From the NCBI GenBank assembly GCA_977017575.1, contig CDRNVI010000135.1:1-22321 (forward strand): 22,321 bases of DNA, in the 5' to 3' direction. The notes below the pieces were generated by a model. It was given only the letters and a program-made list of their open reading frames with translations, searched no databases and had not been told where the DNA came from. Origin of the DNA: Paramoeba atlantica. Its lineage: Eukaryota > Protista > Discosea. Numbering within the stretch: position 1 is the stretch's first letter; every line of letters begins with the position of its first letter. This document shows, one piece after another, positions 10,601 to 20,938 of the stretch. The position numbers were made by a program, and so were the translations under genes.

Positions 10601-11172
10601 AGTTTGAAAATATAAACCATTTTCTGGTCCAAAATTTAAAAAATCTTCATTATCTATATTATTAAAACGAGTTTGCTTTAAAAACAATTTTTTTCTTAAT
10701 TTATTTTTATATGATAATAAAAAATTATAATTTTTATACCTTAACTTTCTATTATATATAAATTTTTTATTACAATCTAAAAAATTCATAAAAGAATTTT
10801 GAAAAAAATTATTATAAAAATTTTTATAATTATCTTTTATAACAAAAAACGATTTAGAATTATTTAAATTCAATAATAAATATTTATTATTTAAATACTC
10901 TAATTTATAAAATTTTTTATTAATATTAAATTTAAAAAATTTATTCATTAAATAATAAATATTTATTATTAAATTAAGATTGAAATTTTTTATTTCTGAA
11001 TAAATATTATCACTAATAACATCAATAACATTATTTAATAATAAAAAATTTTTACTCTTATAATTTAAATTATATAAAGATAACTCATTATAATCTGTTT
11101 TATTATCAAATAAAACTATTTTATTATTTTTTTATTATGTTTTATTATATTATTATATCATGTAGTTTTCAT
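7694..11172 (-). CDS. Giant Lys/Asn/Tyr-rich ORF of unknown function (>=1084 aa; about 1160 aa if one A is restored near 11130)
   Basis: Track ORFs 10055..10948, 9140..9358 and 7694..8338 share one frame and are joined by eight TGA codons, with no TAA/TAG from 11131 to 7697. Probable ATG at 11172, 3 nt after the rps13 stop, needs A7->A8 at ~11127-11133; first in-frame ATG is 10948. Confidence 0.85.
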
Positions 11173-11175
11173 CAC

Positions 11176-11490
11176 TTATATTATTTTTTTTCTCGATGAT
11201 CTATTATTAGTCTTTGATCGTTGATTATACATAGGTAACCCTCTAATACGTTTATAACCAAAATAAGAACCATTAACTATTTTTTTCATAATATTATTAT
11301 ATCTAATATGTTTAATTTGTTCCTTCCTTTTAAAAAAATATAACAAATTTTTTTCTAACTGTTTTAATAAACCTTTATTATTAATATTTTTATAAGATTT
11401 ATTATATAATAAACCAAATTTAAATAATATTATAGATAATAAAGATAAACCAATATTATAATTATTAATTATATAACGTTTTATATTCAT
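11176..11490 (-). CDS. rps13: Ribosomal protein S13
   Basis: C-terminal GSYFGYKRIRGLPMYNQRSKTN matches the uS13 GLPVRGQRTKTN motif; syntenic after rpl6. Confidence 0.88.
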   Translation of the reverse strand: MNIKRYIINNYNIGLSLLSIILFKFGLLYNKSYKNINNKGLLKQLEKNLLYFFKRKEQIKHIRYNNIMKKIVNGSYFGYKRIRGLPMYNQRSKTNNRSSRKKII

Positions 11491-11495
11491 ATTTT

Positions 11496-11684
11496 TTATT
11501 GTTTATTTATAATACCCATTTCATATAAATAATTTTTAACTTGAAGTCAATTATTATCGAAAATTAATTTTAAATTATAATTATGTATATAAATTAAATT
11601 ATAATTATAATTTAATAATACCTTAAAACTTATTGCTGAATTAATAAGTTCCTTTTTTTCAATTTTTTTTAATATATAATTCAT
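11496..11684 (-). CDS. Small unassigned ORF (62 aa) between rpl6 and rps13
   Basis: Code-4 frame MNYILKKIEKKELINSAISFKVLLNYNYNLIYIHNY...EMGIINKQ*. It fills an otherwise 150-nt gap and overlaps the rpl6 3' end. Confidence 0.4.
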
Positions 11685-12180
11685 TTTTTTCTTTTATTCC
11701 TTTCAATTTATATGCATTTAATTTTCTAAATTGTTTTATTTCCACAGATACTTTTTTTAACAAAAAATAAGAATTACTAAATAAAAAAAGATTTCTTCTA
11801 GATCTAGATTTAACTAAAATACCTTTAGGTATATTATAATAAATCAAATGATTATAACCTATATTAAATCTTAATTCATTATCTTTTCAAATAGTCATAG
11901 TAAAACCTAAACCTATAACATTTAAAATTAGGCAATAACCTCTTATCAAATCAATTAAATTTTTTTTTATATATCTTTGAAATAAACTATAATATTTCTT
12001 TCTTTTAATAATTAATGTTTTATTATTTAATATAAATATATTTTTTTGATTAAATAAAGTTAAGATAGTTAAATCTATATTTTTTTTATAATTACTTATT
12101 ATATTTTCCATAAAAATATTATTATTATTATGTATAATATTTAATAAAGAACTTTTTCCTAAATATAATTTTTTTTTCAT
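11641..12180 (-). CDS. rpl6: Ribosomal protein L6
   Basis: Two track ORFs join through TGA. LNVIGLGF, FNIGYNH, FRKLNAYKLKGI; 179 aa; follows rps8. Confidence 0.9.
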
Positions 12181-12183
12181 TTA

Positions 12184-12576
12184 TTATAATATATTTTTAT
12201 ATAATAGATGTACTTTTAATAAGGCTTTACCACCACTTTTTATAATATAAGCTTCATCGTGTGTTAACAAACCTTTATTACTACTATAAAAACAAGGATT
12301 AAAATAAAATTTAGAAAAATTTTTATTAAAAGTTTTAAATTTTAAATATTGTTTATTACCTCCTGAAGATAATTGTTCTAAAAAAATTAAAGGCTTATTA
12401 TTATAATATTTTAATGTTATTTTTATTTGGTATTTATTACATATTATAAAACTATTTATCAAATTTAATTCGTATAAACGTGATAATATAGGTAAATACT
12501 TTTTTTTTAATGGTATATATAAACTTTTTAAATTAGCTATATACCCATTATTAATTTGACTACAAAAAAAATTCAT
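12184..12576 (-). CDS. rps8: Ribosomal protein S8
   Basis: IKITLKY, SSNKGLLTHDEA...GGKAL; position between rps14 and rpl6. Confidence 0.9.
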   Translation of the reverse strand: MNFFCSQINNGYIANLKSLYIPLKKKYLPILSRLYELNLINSFIICNKYQIKITLKYYNNKPLIFLEQLSSGGNKQYLKFKTFNKNFSKFYFNPCFYSSNKGLLTHDEAYIIKSGGKALLKVHLLYKNIL

Positions 12577-12579
12577 AAC

Positions 12580-12849
12580 TTATCAAGATATTTTTTTTAA
12601 ACCATTAATTTGTTTCATATTAAGAGATTCTTTTATATTCATTCTAGATAAAGAAAAATCTCGAAAAACAGATCTCTTTAAACCAGTTTCTATACAAAAA
12701 TTCTTTCTTAAAATATTCTGTATAGGAAAATTCAAAAAAAATATTTTCTTTTTCCTATATATTTTTAAAATTTTTAATAATAATACTAATGTATTATTAT
12801 TATTATATATTCTTTCATTTTTATAATTTTTTAAAAAATATTTTTTCAT
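12580..12849 (-). CDS. rps14: Ribosomal protein S14
   Basis: RKNFCIETGLKRSVFRDFSLSRMNIKE...GLKKISW*; the canonical terminal Trp is encoded by TGA and followed by TAA. Confidence 0.92.
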
Positions 12850-13378
12850 GTAATTTATTATTATTATTATTAAAATTTATAATAAAATTTAATTTAAAAA
12901 TTAAATTATTTACCAATATATCTTCATCACTATTTAATCCTAATAAAAAATTAAAATTTTTTAATTCTATTATATATTTATTTTCTTTTCTATAAATTAA
13001 ACTACTTTCATTATTTTTATCTAATAAATTAAAAATAATATTATATAAATAATTTAAATTAGAATAAATATTATTTTTTCTTAAACTTAATCCTAAAACT
13101 ATATAATAAGATAAATTATTACGTCTTGATCTAACAGAAAAATTACGTAATGTCTCTTTTTGTATTTTTATAATAGAAACTCTTTGATTAAATAATTTTT
13201 TAAATAATTTATTTAAAATAAGATACCTTCTAACTATATTACCATCTGAAGAATATAATTTAACTTTTACATCAACTTTATCAATTTTTGATAATTGATT
13301 AAAACTCATTATATTCAATTTACTAATGTTATCCTTTTGTATTATATTTAAATTACTTTTGAAATCTATACTTTTCAT
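12821..13378 (-). CDS. rpl5: Ribosomal protein L5
   Basis: KIDKVDVKV, LFNQRVSII, NFSVR, LGLSLRKNNIY; syntenic between rpl14 and rps14. Confidence 0.8.
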   Translation of the reverse strand: MKSIDFKSNLNIIQKDNISKLNIMSFNQLSKIDKVDVKVKLYSSDGNIVRRYLILNKLFKKLFNQRVSIIKIQKETLRNFSVRSRRNNLSYYIVLGLSLRKNNIYSNLNYLYNIIFNLLDKNNESSLIYRKENKYIIELKNFNFLLGLNSDEDILVNNLIFKLNFIINFNNNNNKLHEKIFFKKL

Positions 13379-13382
13379 ATTT

Positions 13383-13739
13383 TTATATTATACTTTGCAT
13401 CAATAAGAAAACTTTACGGTTTATAAATCTTAAAAATTTTAAACTAATACCAAATAATTTTGTACCTAAAGGTAATTTTTTTTTATTTATCAAAACAACA
13501 GCATTATCACTAAATTTATAATAATTTATATTTTTTTTTAAATTATATTTAGTTCTAATAATTAAAGCCTTATATAATTCTCCTTTTTTTATTCTTTTTT
13601 TAGGATTATTTGTTTTAACAGTTATTAATATTTCATCACCAATAGATCCATATTTTTTTCTTTTATAAATTCTTATACATTTTACAATACGTGCACCAGA
13701 ATTATCACTACAATTTAAATAACTACCTACTAAAATCAT
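13383..13739 (-). CDS. rpl14: Ribosomal protein L14
   Basis: MILVGSYLNCSDNSGARIVKCI, FSDNAVVLIN, PLGTKLFG. Confidence 0.96.
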   Translation of the reverse strand: MILVGSYLNCSDNSGARIVKCIRIYKRKKYGSIGDEILITVKTNNPKKRIKKGELYKALIIRTKYNLKKNINYYKFSDNAVVLINKKKLPLGTKLFGISLKFLRFINRKVFLLMQSII

Positions 13740-14179
13740 TTTTCTTTATTATAAACTAATTTAAATTTAATATTTGATTTTAATGAGGCTAATTTAACAA
13801 TTCCTTTAATATATTCTAATAATTTTTTTTTATCATTATCATTTAATATAAATAATTTATTAGAAAAACCAAATTCAATAAATATTTGACCTTTTGATAT
13901 ATTAAAATAATATTCATTTAATGCACCCTTACCTTTACCCATTCTAACACCTATAGGTTTTGATGTATTTTTAAAACTTGGATGAAAACGTATAAATAAT
14001 TTAGTAAAAAATTTTAATCTTTTTTTTAAAAAAAATAATAAAGCCTTAAATTCATTATTATATAGTATACCACCTTCTAAAAAATATATAGCAAATTGAC
14101 CATTATATATTTTTTCTATCGAATTTTTAGTATTAGAATAATTTAATATTAAATGTTTTTTGACAAAAATTTTTTTCAT
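13730..14179 (-). CDS. rpl16: Ribosomal protein L16
   Basis: TSKPIGVRMGKGKGA, GQIFIEF. In code 4 it reads through TGA at 13736-13738 to TAG at 13730. Confidence 0.95.
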
Positions 14180-14227
14180 TTCTATTTATTTCTTAATAAA
14201 TCAACTTTTTTTCTCTTTTCTTTCTTT

Positions 14228-15418
14228 TTATATTATAGAAGATAAATACACTTTTCTAACATAACTCATTTTTACACCACAAACACCATACCGCATAATT
14301 AAAATAAACTGATTATAACTTAAAGGAGAATTTATATTACTTGGTGAAATAGCACCAAATTGTTTAATAAACTTTTTATTTCTTAACTTTTTTTTATATC
14401 TCCCTGCATAACCTATTTTAAAACCTATAATACCTCTTTCATTTTTTAATTTATTATGTAATAAATAAGCATAATGCTCTATTTTATAACCTACACGCAA
14501 TCTTCATAAAATTAGCTTATATAAAGAATAAGTAGAATAATTTACTTCTTTTTTATCTATAAAATTAATTATAGGATTATTAACTTTAAAAATTTTTTTT
14601 ATAAAAAACGATAAAAAATTTTTTAATATAAAAATAAATTTTTTATCTAAAGTTAAATAATTAGTATTTTTAATATATTTTAATCTATTTAATCAACGAT
14701 TAGTTGGAATTCTTAATAAATTAAATCATTTATATTTAAAAATAAAATTGTTTAATCTTTTATTATTTTTATAAATATAAATATTTTTATATTTATAAAA
14801 ATATTTAAAATTATTAAAATTATTTATTGATTTTTTTTTTCATATATTTTTAAATATTTTCTTTCTATAAAACCCTCTACAAGACTTATTATAAAATAAA
14901 TAATATTTATTATTATGCATGTCTCAAAAAAAATAATTAAATCAAACATATTTTTTATTTTTATAAAAATTTTTTCTTTTACTATAAAAAAATTTACGTA
15001 AAAAATTTAATATATATTTTTTTTTTTTTTTTTCTTTTAAAAAATTATATTTTTTTTTTCTTTTTGACTGTTTATACTTTAAAAAAGATTTAAATATATA
15101 TTTTTTTGACTGATTATAATATTTTTTTAATTTATATTTTTTTGACTTAATATCATTAATTAAAAATTTATTATCATCATTTAATAAATTTAAATTTATT
15201 ATCATCATTTTATATGTTTTAATTATATTTAACGGTAATATTTCTAAATTTAACTTGTTTCAATTAATTATAACTTTAATTCAATTATAAAATTTAATAA
15301 TATTATAATCTTCTAAAAAAAATAATTTATAATTTTTTTTTGTAATATTATTTCAAGACGAAATTCAATATTTACTTTTTGATAATCTATATGTTATTGG
15401 ATTAACTAAATGTCCCAT
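14228..15418 (-). CDS. rps3: Ribosomal protein S3 (396 aa, Lys-rich internal expansion)
   Basis: Continuous in code 4 from MGHLVNPITYRLSKSKYWISSW to GFKIGYAGR...YGVCGVKM. Confidence 0.93.
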
Positions 15419-15420
15419 AA

Positions 15421-15699
15421 TTATTTTTTCTTTTTCTTTATACGTTTCTTTTTCTTTTTATCTTTTATTAATATATTTTTTGAAAAAAAAAAATAATTAA
15501 TCATATAATTAACCATACTATCTATAATTTTAATTGGAATAAAATAACGACCATTATATACAGTTAATCTTTTATTAATCATATAATTTTTTATTTTAAA
15601 ACCTTTTACTTTTAACTTTAATCAAATAAATTTATCTATTTTTGAAAAATTTAAAAAATAAATAATATTTTTAATATTTTTAATATTATTTAAATTCAT
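15421..15699 (-). CDS. rps19: Ribosomal protein S19, absent from ORF track
   Basis: RLTVYNGRYFIPIKIIDSMVNYMINYF aligns with uS19 VHNGR..VPV..T.EMVGHKLGEF; 92 aa; between rpl2 and rps3. Confidence 0.88.
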
Positions 15700-16429
15700 T
15701 TTTTTTTTTTTTCTTAGTTGTAGGTACAAATTTTAATACACGTCTTGTAAAATTTGGACAATCGACTCATGGAGAAGTTTTACCTCTACCACCACCATTA
15801 GGGTGATCTACACAATTTTTTGCTACACCTCTAACTGTTGATTTTTTACCTAATCTTATATTAACACCCGCTTTACCTTTTTTTATTAAATTATGCCCTC
15901 TATTTGATACAATACCTATCATAGCTTTATTATATTTAAAAATTAATTTTTCTAAACCAGAAGGAAATCTTATTAAATAATAATTTTCATTTATTTGTGA
16001 TATTAATAAACAAAAAGAACCTGCAGATCTAGCTACTTTACTTCCTTTTTTTTTTTTTAATTCCATACAAGATATAAAAGAACCAAATTTTATATTTACT
16101 AAAGGATATGTAGAACCAACAATTTTATCTACTGAATTTAAAACCATACCTTCTTTCAAACCTTCGGCTGCTAAAATATAAGATAAAAATCCATTTTTAT
16201 AACATATTAAAGCTATATTTGCAGATCTATTAGGATCATACTCAATTCTTAATACCATTGCAGGTATATCAACGTAAGTTCTAAAAAAATCAATTAATCT
16301 ATATTTCTTTTTAACTCTAGTTCCCTTTGATTTAACTGTTTTATGACCCATATTATTAACTCCTGCATAATTTTTTAAACCAAATGTTAAATATTTTATT
16401 GTTTTTGACTGTTTTTTCCTTTTTAACAT
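15686..16429 (-). CDS. rpl2: Ribosomal protein L2
   Basis: IEYDPNRSANIALI, KVARSAGS, VRGVAKNCVDHPNGGGRGKT; extends through TGA to TAA at 15686. Confidence 0.95.
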
Positions 16430-16432
16430 ATA

Positions 16433-16852
16433 TTATTTTTTTCTTTTAAATCTAATATTAGTATAATTTGCTTCTATTAATCTATACATATCATTTTTTT
16501 TTTTTATAGATAAACCTTTATTATTATATACATCTATTAATTCATTTTGAATACGTTCTTGAAATTTTCGCTCAGTTCTAGAATTAATAGATCTAACTAT
16601 TAATTTAACAGAATATGGTATAGAATCTTTTGATTTTAAAATATGTGGTATTAATAATTTTTTACCTCCTACTTTTTTAATATAACAAAACATTCTAATG
16701 AATATATTAGTTTCTATTTGTTTAAAAAAAGTATTTAAACAACCATATATTTTTTTTATATTAATAAAAATTTTCTCTAAACTTAATATAATTCGTTGTT
16801 TTTTTCCTTTTCTTATTAATAATTGTATTAAATATTTTATTCAATTATTCAT
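16433..16852 (-). CDS. rps7: Ribosomal protein S7
   Basis: MNNWIKYLIQLLIRKGKK, SIKKKNDMYRLIEAN; follows rps12. Confidence 0.85.
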
Positions 16853-17255
16853 CTTTTAAAATCTTTCCTTCCTTCTTTTTTTTTTTCAAACCATATTTAG
16901 AACGACTTTTATTTCGTTCTTCACGTTCTCAATTACTAAAATCATATTTTCCTTTTATCAATTTATAACGTACACCTGGAATATCTCTAGCACGTCCTCC
17001 TCTAATCATAACAACTGAATATTTTTGTAAATTATGACCTTGACCTGGTATAACTGCTATTAATTTTTTACCTGTTGATAACCTTATTTTTGCTACTTTT
17101 CTTTTAGCGGAATTTGGTTTCTTTGGACTAACACTATTTCTAATTTCAATACAAACACCTCTTTTTTGTGGACAAGAATCTAACAAAAGAACTTTTGTAC
17201 GTCTTTTTTTTTTTACTCTGCCTTTATTTCTTATTAATTGATTTAACGAAGCCAT
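16845..17255 (-). CDS. rps12: Ribosomal protein S12
   Basis: [53 protein letters not shown] (after TGA read-through). Confidence 0.97.
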
Positions 17256-17624
17256 AATTTATATTTAAATATTATTAACGTATTAATAATTTTTTTTTCA
17301 TAATTGAATTTCATTAATTCATTAAATAAATAATACTTTTTATTTAAATTTAATAACAAACTATTATTTATTTGTTCTAAAGTTCCTTTACTATATAATT
17401 TATTTTTATATCATAAAAAATAATAATTCATCATTATTTAAAAGATTAGTAAAATAATCTTTAAAATATTTCTTATTAATAATTAGAAAATATTTAATAT
17501 TAACAAAAATTTTATATAATAAATTAATATTAGATAAATTCATTATGTTTAAATAAATTTGTTCAAAATTATTAAACGATTTATATTGATTTACATAAAA
17601 AAAAGCTATAATATTATTATTCAT
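17243..17624 (-). CDS. Unassigned ORF, possible rpl10, with a probable +1 frameshift at ~17415-17420
   Basis: The 72-aa track ORF joins a second open frame ([18 protein letters not shown]...KLWLR*) if one T is removed from a T6 run. It occupies the ancestral rpl10 slot between rpl11 and rps12. Confidence 0.4.
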
Positions 17625-17630
17625 ATTTTT

Positions 17631-18086
17631 TTATATAATTTTATTAATTTGTAAATTTGATATAGAAAAAAAACTATTTTTAAATCGCAATTTTATTCAA
17701 TTTTGATTTAAATTATTATATAATTTAAATCAATAATAATTACGCAATATAACAATATCATATAGACTTCTTAATGTAATTGAATTTTCCATAATATTTT
17801 TATTAGTTAAACTCATAATATTTCAAACCAATTTTAATAAAGTACTAAAAGAAGGTCCTTTTATTAAAAAAACAAATGATTTATCAGTATATAAAAATAA
17901 TCTAACATATATTAATAAATCTTCCGATCTATATATAAAAGTTTGTTTATTAAATTCATTACAAAATTCTTTGATTTTCTCTCTATTCATATAAGGACTT
18001 AAATTAGGTCCTATATTTAAATTTTCAAAAGCGGCACCTCTAGAATTAATTCTTAAATTAAAAAATCGATTTAATTTTTTTTGCAT
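17631..18086 (-). CDS. rpl11: Ribosomal protein L11
   Basis: IGPNLSP, IKEFCNEFNKQT, YTDKSFVFLIKGPSFS; 151 aa in code 4. Confidence 0.9.
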
Positions 18087-18119
18087 ATATATAATATTTA
18101 ATATTATATTAATATTTGA

Positions 18120-19304
18120 TTAACGATCAACCTCCCCAAAAACTATATCTAAAGTACCTATAATAGTAACAACGTCGGCTATCATATGTCCTTTTGATAA
18201 TGTATCTAATAATTGTAAATGATTAAACCCTGGTGCTTTTATCTTACATCTTACCGGTCTATTTAATCCTCCCGAAACTAAAAAAACACCAAATTCCCCT
18301 TTAGGAGCTTCTATAGATCTATAAACATCATTAAAAGGTATATTAACACCTTCTGTAAATAATTTAAAATGATGTATTAAAGATTCCATAGAAAACTTCA
18401 TTAATGATCTTGAAGGTATAGTTAATTTATTATTGTAATTTGAAATAGGACCTTCTTTTAAATTATTTAAAAGTTGTAAAATTATTTTTAAACTCTCATG
18501 CATTTCTTTTAATCTAATTAAAAATCTATCAAAACAATCACCTTTATTTCCTATATAAGATTTAAAATCAACTTCATTATATAATTCATAAGGTTCACTT
18601 TTTCTAATATCTCAAGGAATACCAGATCCTCTTAAAATAACTCCACTACAACCTCAAGTTTGTGCTTGATTATAATCTAATATACCTACATCAACTAAAC
18701 GTTGCTTTCATATTCTATTTCTATTTAATAATTCTTCCATTTCCATTAAAGAGTTAATAAAATTTTGTGTAAATTTATATAAATCATCACAAAAAGACAT
18801 AGGTATATCTTGACTAATACCTCCTGGTCTTATATATGCTGCATGCATTCTAGCACCTGATACCCTTTCGTAAAATTCCATTAATTTTTCACGTTCTTCA
18901 AAAAGTCATAAAAAAGGTGTCATCGCTCCAACATCTAACGCATGTGTAGTTAACCCTAAAATATGATTTAATATTCTAGTTATTTCACCAAAAATCATAC
19001 GTATCATCTTTGCTCTTATAGGTACATTAGTAGAACTTAAAGTTTCTACAGCTAATGAATAACAATGTTCTTGAGCCATCATAGATACATAATCTAATCT
19101 ATCAAAATAAGGTAAAGCTTGTATAAAAGTCTTATATTCTATTAATTTTTCAGTACCTCTATGTAATAATCCTATATGAGGATCAGCTCTTTCTATAATT
19201 TCACCATTTAATTCTAATATTAATCTTAAAACTCCATGAGCTGCTGGATGCTGTGGTCCAAAATTAATTGTAAAAGTTTTTATTTTTTTAAATATTTTAT
19301 TCAC
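18120..19304 (-). CDS. nad7: NADH dehydrogenase subunit 7
   Basis: [62 protein letters not shown]; continuous in code 4; apparent GTG start. Confidence 0.98.
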
Positions 19305-19308
19305 GTTT

Positions 19309-19899
19309 TTAAAGTATATATTTTTTATTTAATAAAGGATTAGTAAAACTATATGATCTCATATTTTGCATTAATTCAATAGGCTCATAAATCAAATATT
19401 GTTTATCTTCATCATACCTTATTTCTAAATAACCATTTAAAGGAAAATCTTTACGAAACGGATAACCTTCAAAACCATAATCGGTTAATATACGTCTTAA
19501 ATCTTTATGACCCATGAAAAAAATACCATACATATCTCAAACTTCACGTTCTAACCAATCGGCACCTAAATAAATATCAGTAATAGATCTTATAACATCT
19601 AATTTATCACAAGATACAGAAATAATTAATCTAGAATTATAATCTATACTTAATAAATTATAATCAATTTCAAAACGTTTAGCTCTATCAATAAAATCAC
19701 TACAGCAAATATCAGTTATTACCTTATATCTTAAAAAAGTATGCTTATTAAAAATATTTAAAACAAAACCTAAATAATCTTTTGATACTAATTTAATTTT
19801 AATAAATTCATCTGTTATTTTTATATGCGAAATATATTTAATTAGTAAATTTAATATATAATTTACAGCATAATTATTACTATTTTTTTTTAATAACAT
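19309..19899 (-). CDS. nad9: NADH dehydrogenase subunit 9
   Basis: [36 protein letters not shown]; two track ORFs joined by TGA=Trp. Confidence 0.97.
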
Positions 19900-19911
19900 A
19901 TTTTTTTTTAT

Positions 19912-20235
19912 TTATAATATATATAATTTATATTTTTTAATATTACTAATTTTATATTTTAAAAATAGATTAAAAGGTGAAGTAACAAAATATAATTGAT
20001 TTAATCGTATATTTTTATACCTATAATATAATAAAAAACTTTCCATATTTAAATATTGTTTTTTATTAAAATTTATAATTAATCCTTTAATATTACGTAT
20101 ATATACATTCTTATATAATCAATAAAAATACTTTAATTCAATAGATATATTATTATTTAATTTTTTTTTATATTCTATAGATAATAAACTTAAAAAAGAA
20201 TTATCTAAATAATTTATAATTTTTTTCTTTTTCAT
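19912..20235 (-). CDS. Unassigned basic ORF (107 aa), absent from ORF track
   Basis: The ATG lies 3 nt after the rps11 stop; open in code 4 (one TGA) to TAA at 19912, 12 nt before nad9. Confidence 0.6.
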
Positions 20236-20238
20236 TTA

Positions 20239-20911
20239 TTATTTTCTTCTTCTCTTTTTCTTTCTTATACCATTATGAGCTTTTGATTTTATAAAATTAA
20301 TAAATTTTAAATTATAAGGTGTAGTCTCAAATAATTCTTTTAAATTTCTCAAAATTTTACGAGTATAATATTTATAAATTATATTTAATATGAATCATTT
20401 TTTCATATATAAATATTTAAAATCAATTTTTGAAGCTACAATTAATGAATTTAAAGCAAAATATGTTTTTTTTAATGATTTTTTATAATAAAAACCACAT
20501 GAAAAATTTTTTATTACATTACCATTAATATGCGAAAAATTTAAATAAGTATTTTTTCTAAATTTTAATATTAAATTAATAGTACAAAATTTCAAAGATA
20601 ACCAATCTAATTTTGAACCCTTTAAAAAATTTTTTTAGTATATTAATAAATAAATATCTTTTTTTAAAAAAAGATAATTTTGCTGCATATATATACTTGC
20701 TTTTTAATTTTATATTAAACCTTTTTTTATATAATCAAGTAACTGAAGGTAATTTAAATCTATTAATTTTTATTATTTAATTTTTCTATTTTTTATTAAA
20801 CTTTCTTTTTTTTCAAACATATTTGTATTATTTCTTTCCTTAATTTTTCTATTTTTTTTAAACTTTTTCTATTTTTTTAATTTTCTTTCTTTTTCTTTTT
20901 AATGATTCCAT
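20239..20911 (-). CDS. rps11: Ribosomal protein S11 with Lys-rich N-terminal extension broken by frameshifts
   Basis: Core 20239-20634: RKNTYLNFSHINGNVI, KKTYFA, ends KAHNGIRKKKRRRK* (uS11 PHNGCRPPKKRR). Upstream basic frames connect only through shifts at ~20625, ~20777 and ~20872, so the start position is uncertain. Confidence 0.8.
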
Positions 20912-20938
20912 ATATAATTAAATTTAATATAAGTTTTA

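Noticed and set aside
12789-12995. 68-aa plus-strand ORF
   Set aside because: Low-complexity antisense of rpl5/rps14; all real mitochondrial genes here are on the minus strand.
13736-13739. ATGA overlap suggesting UGA acts as a stop for rpl16
   Set aside because: Read as Trp, the frame ends two codons later at TAG (13730), consistent with code 4.
3203-20595. Mass pseudogenisation implied by the many short track ORFs
   Set aside because: Nearly all breaks are TGA codons at conserved Trp positions; the frames are continuous in code 4.
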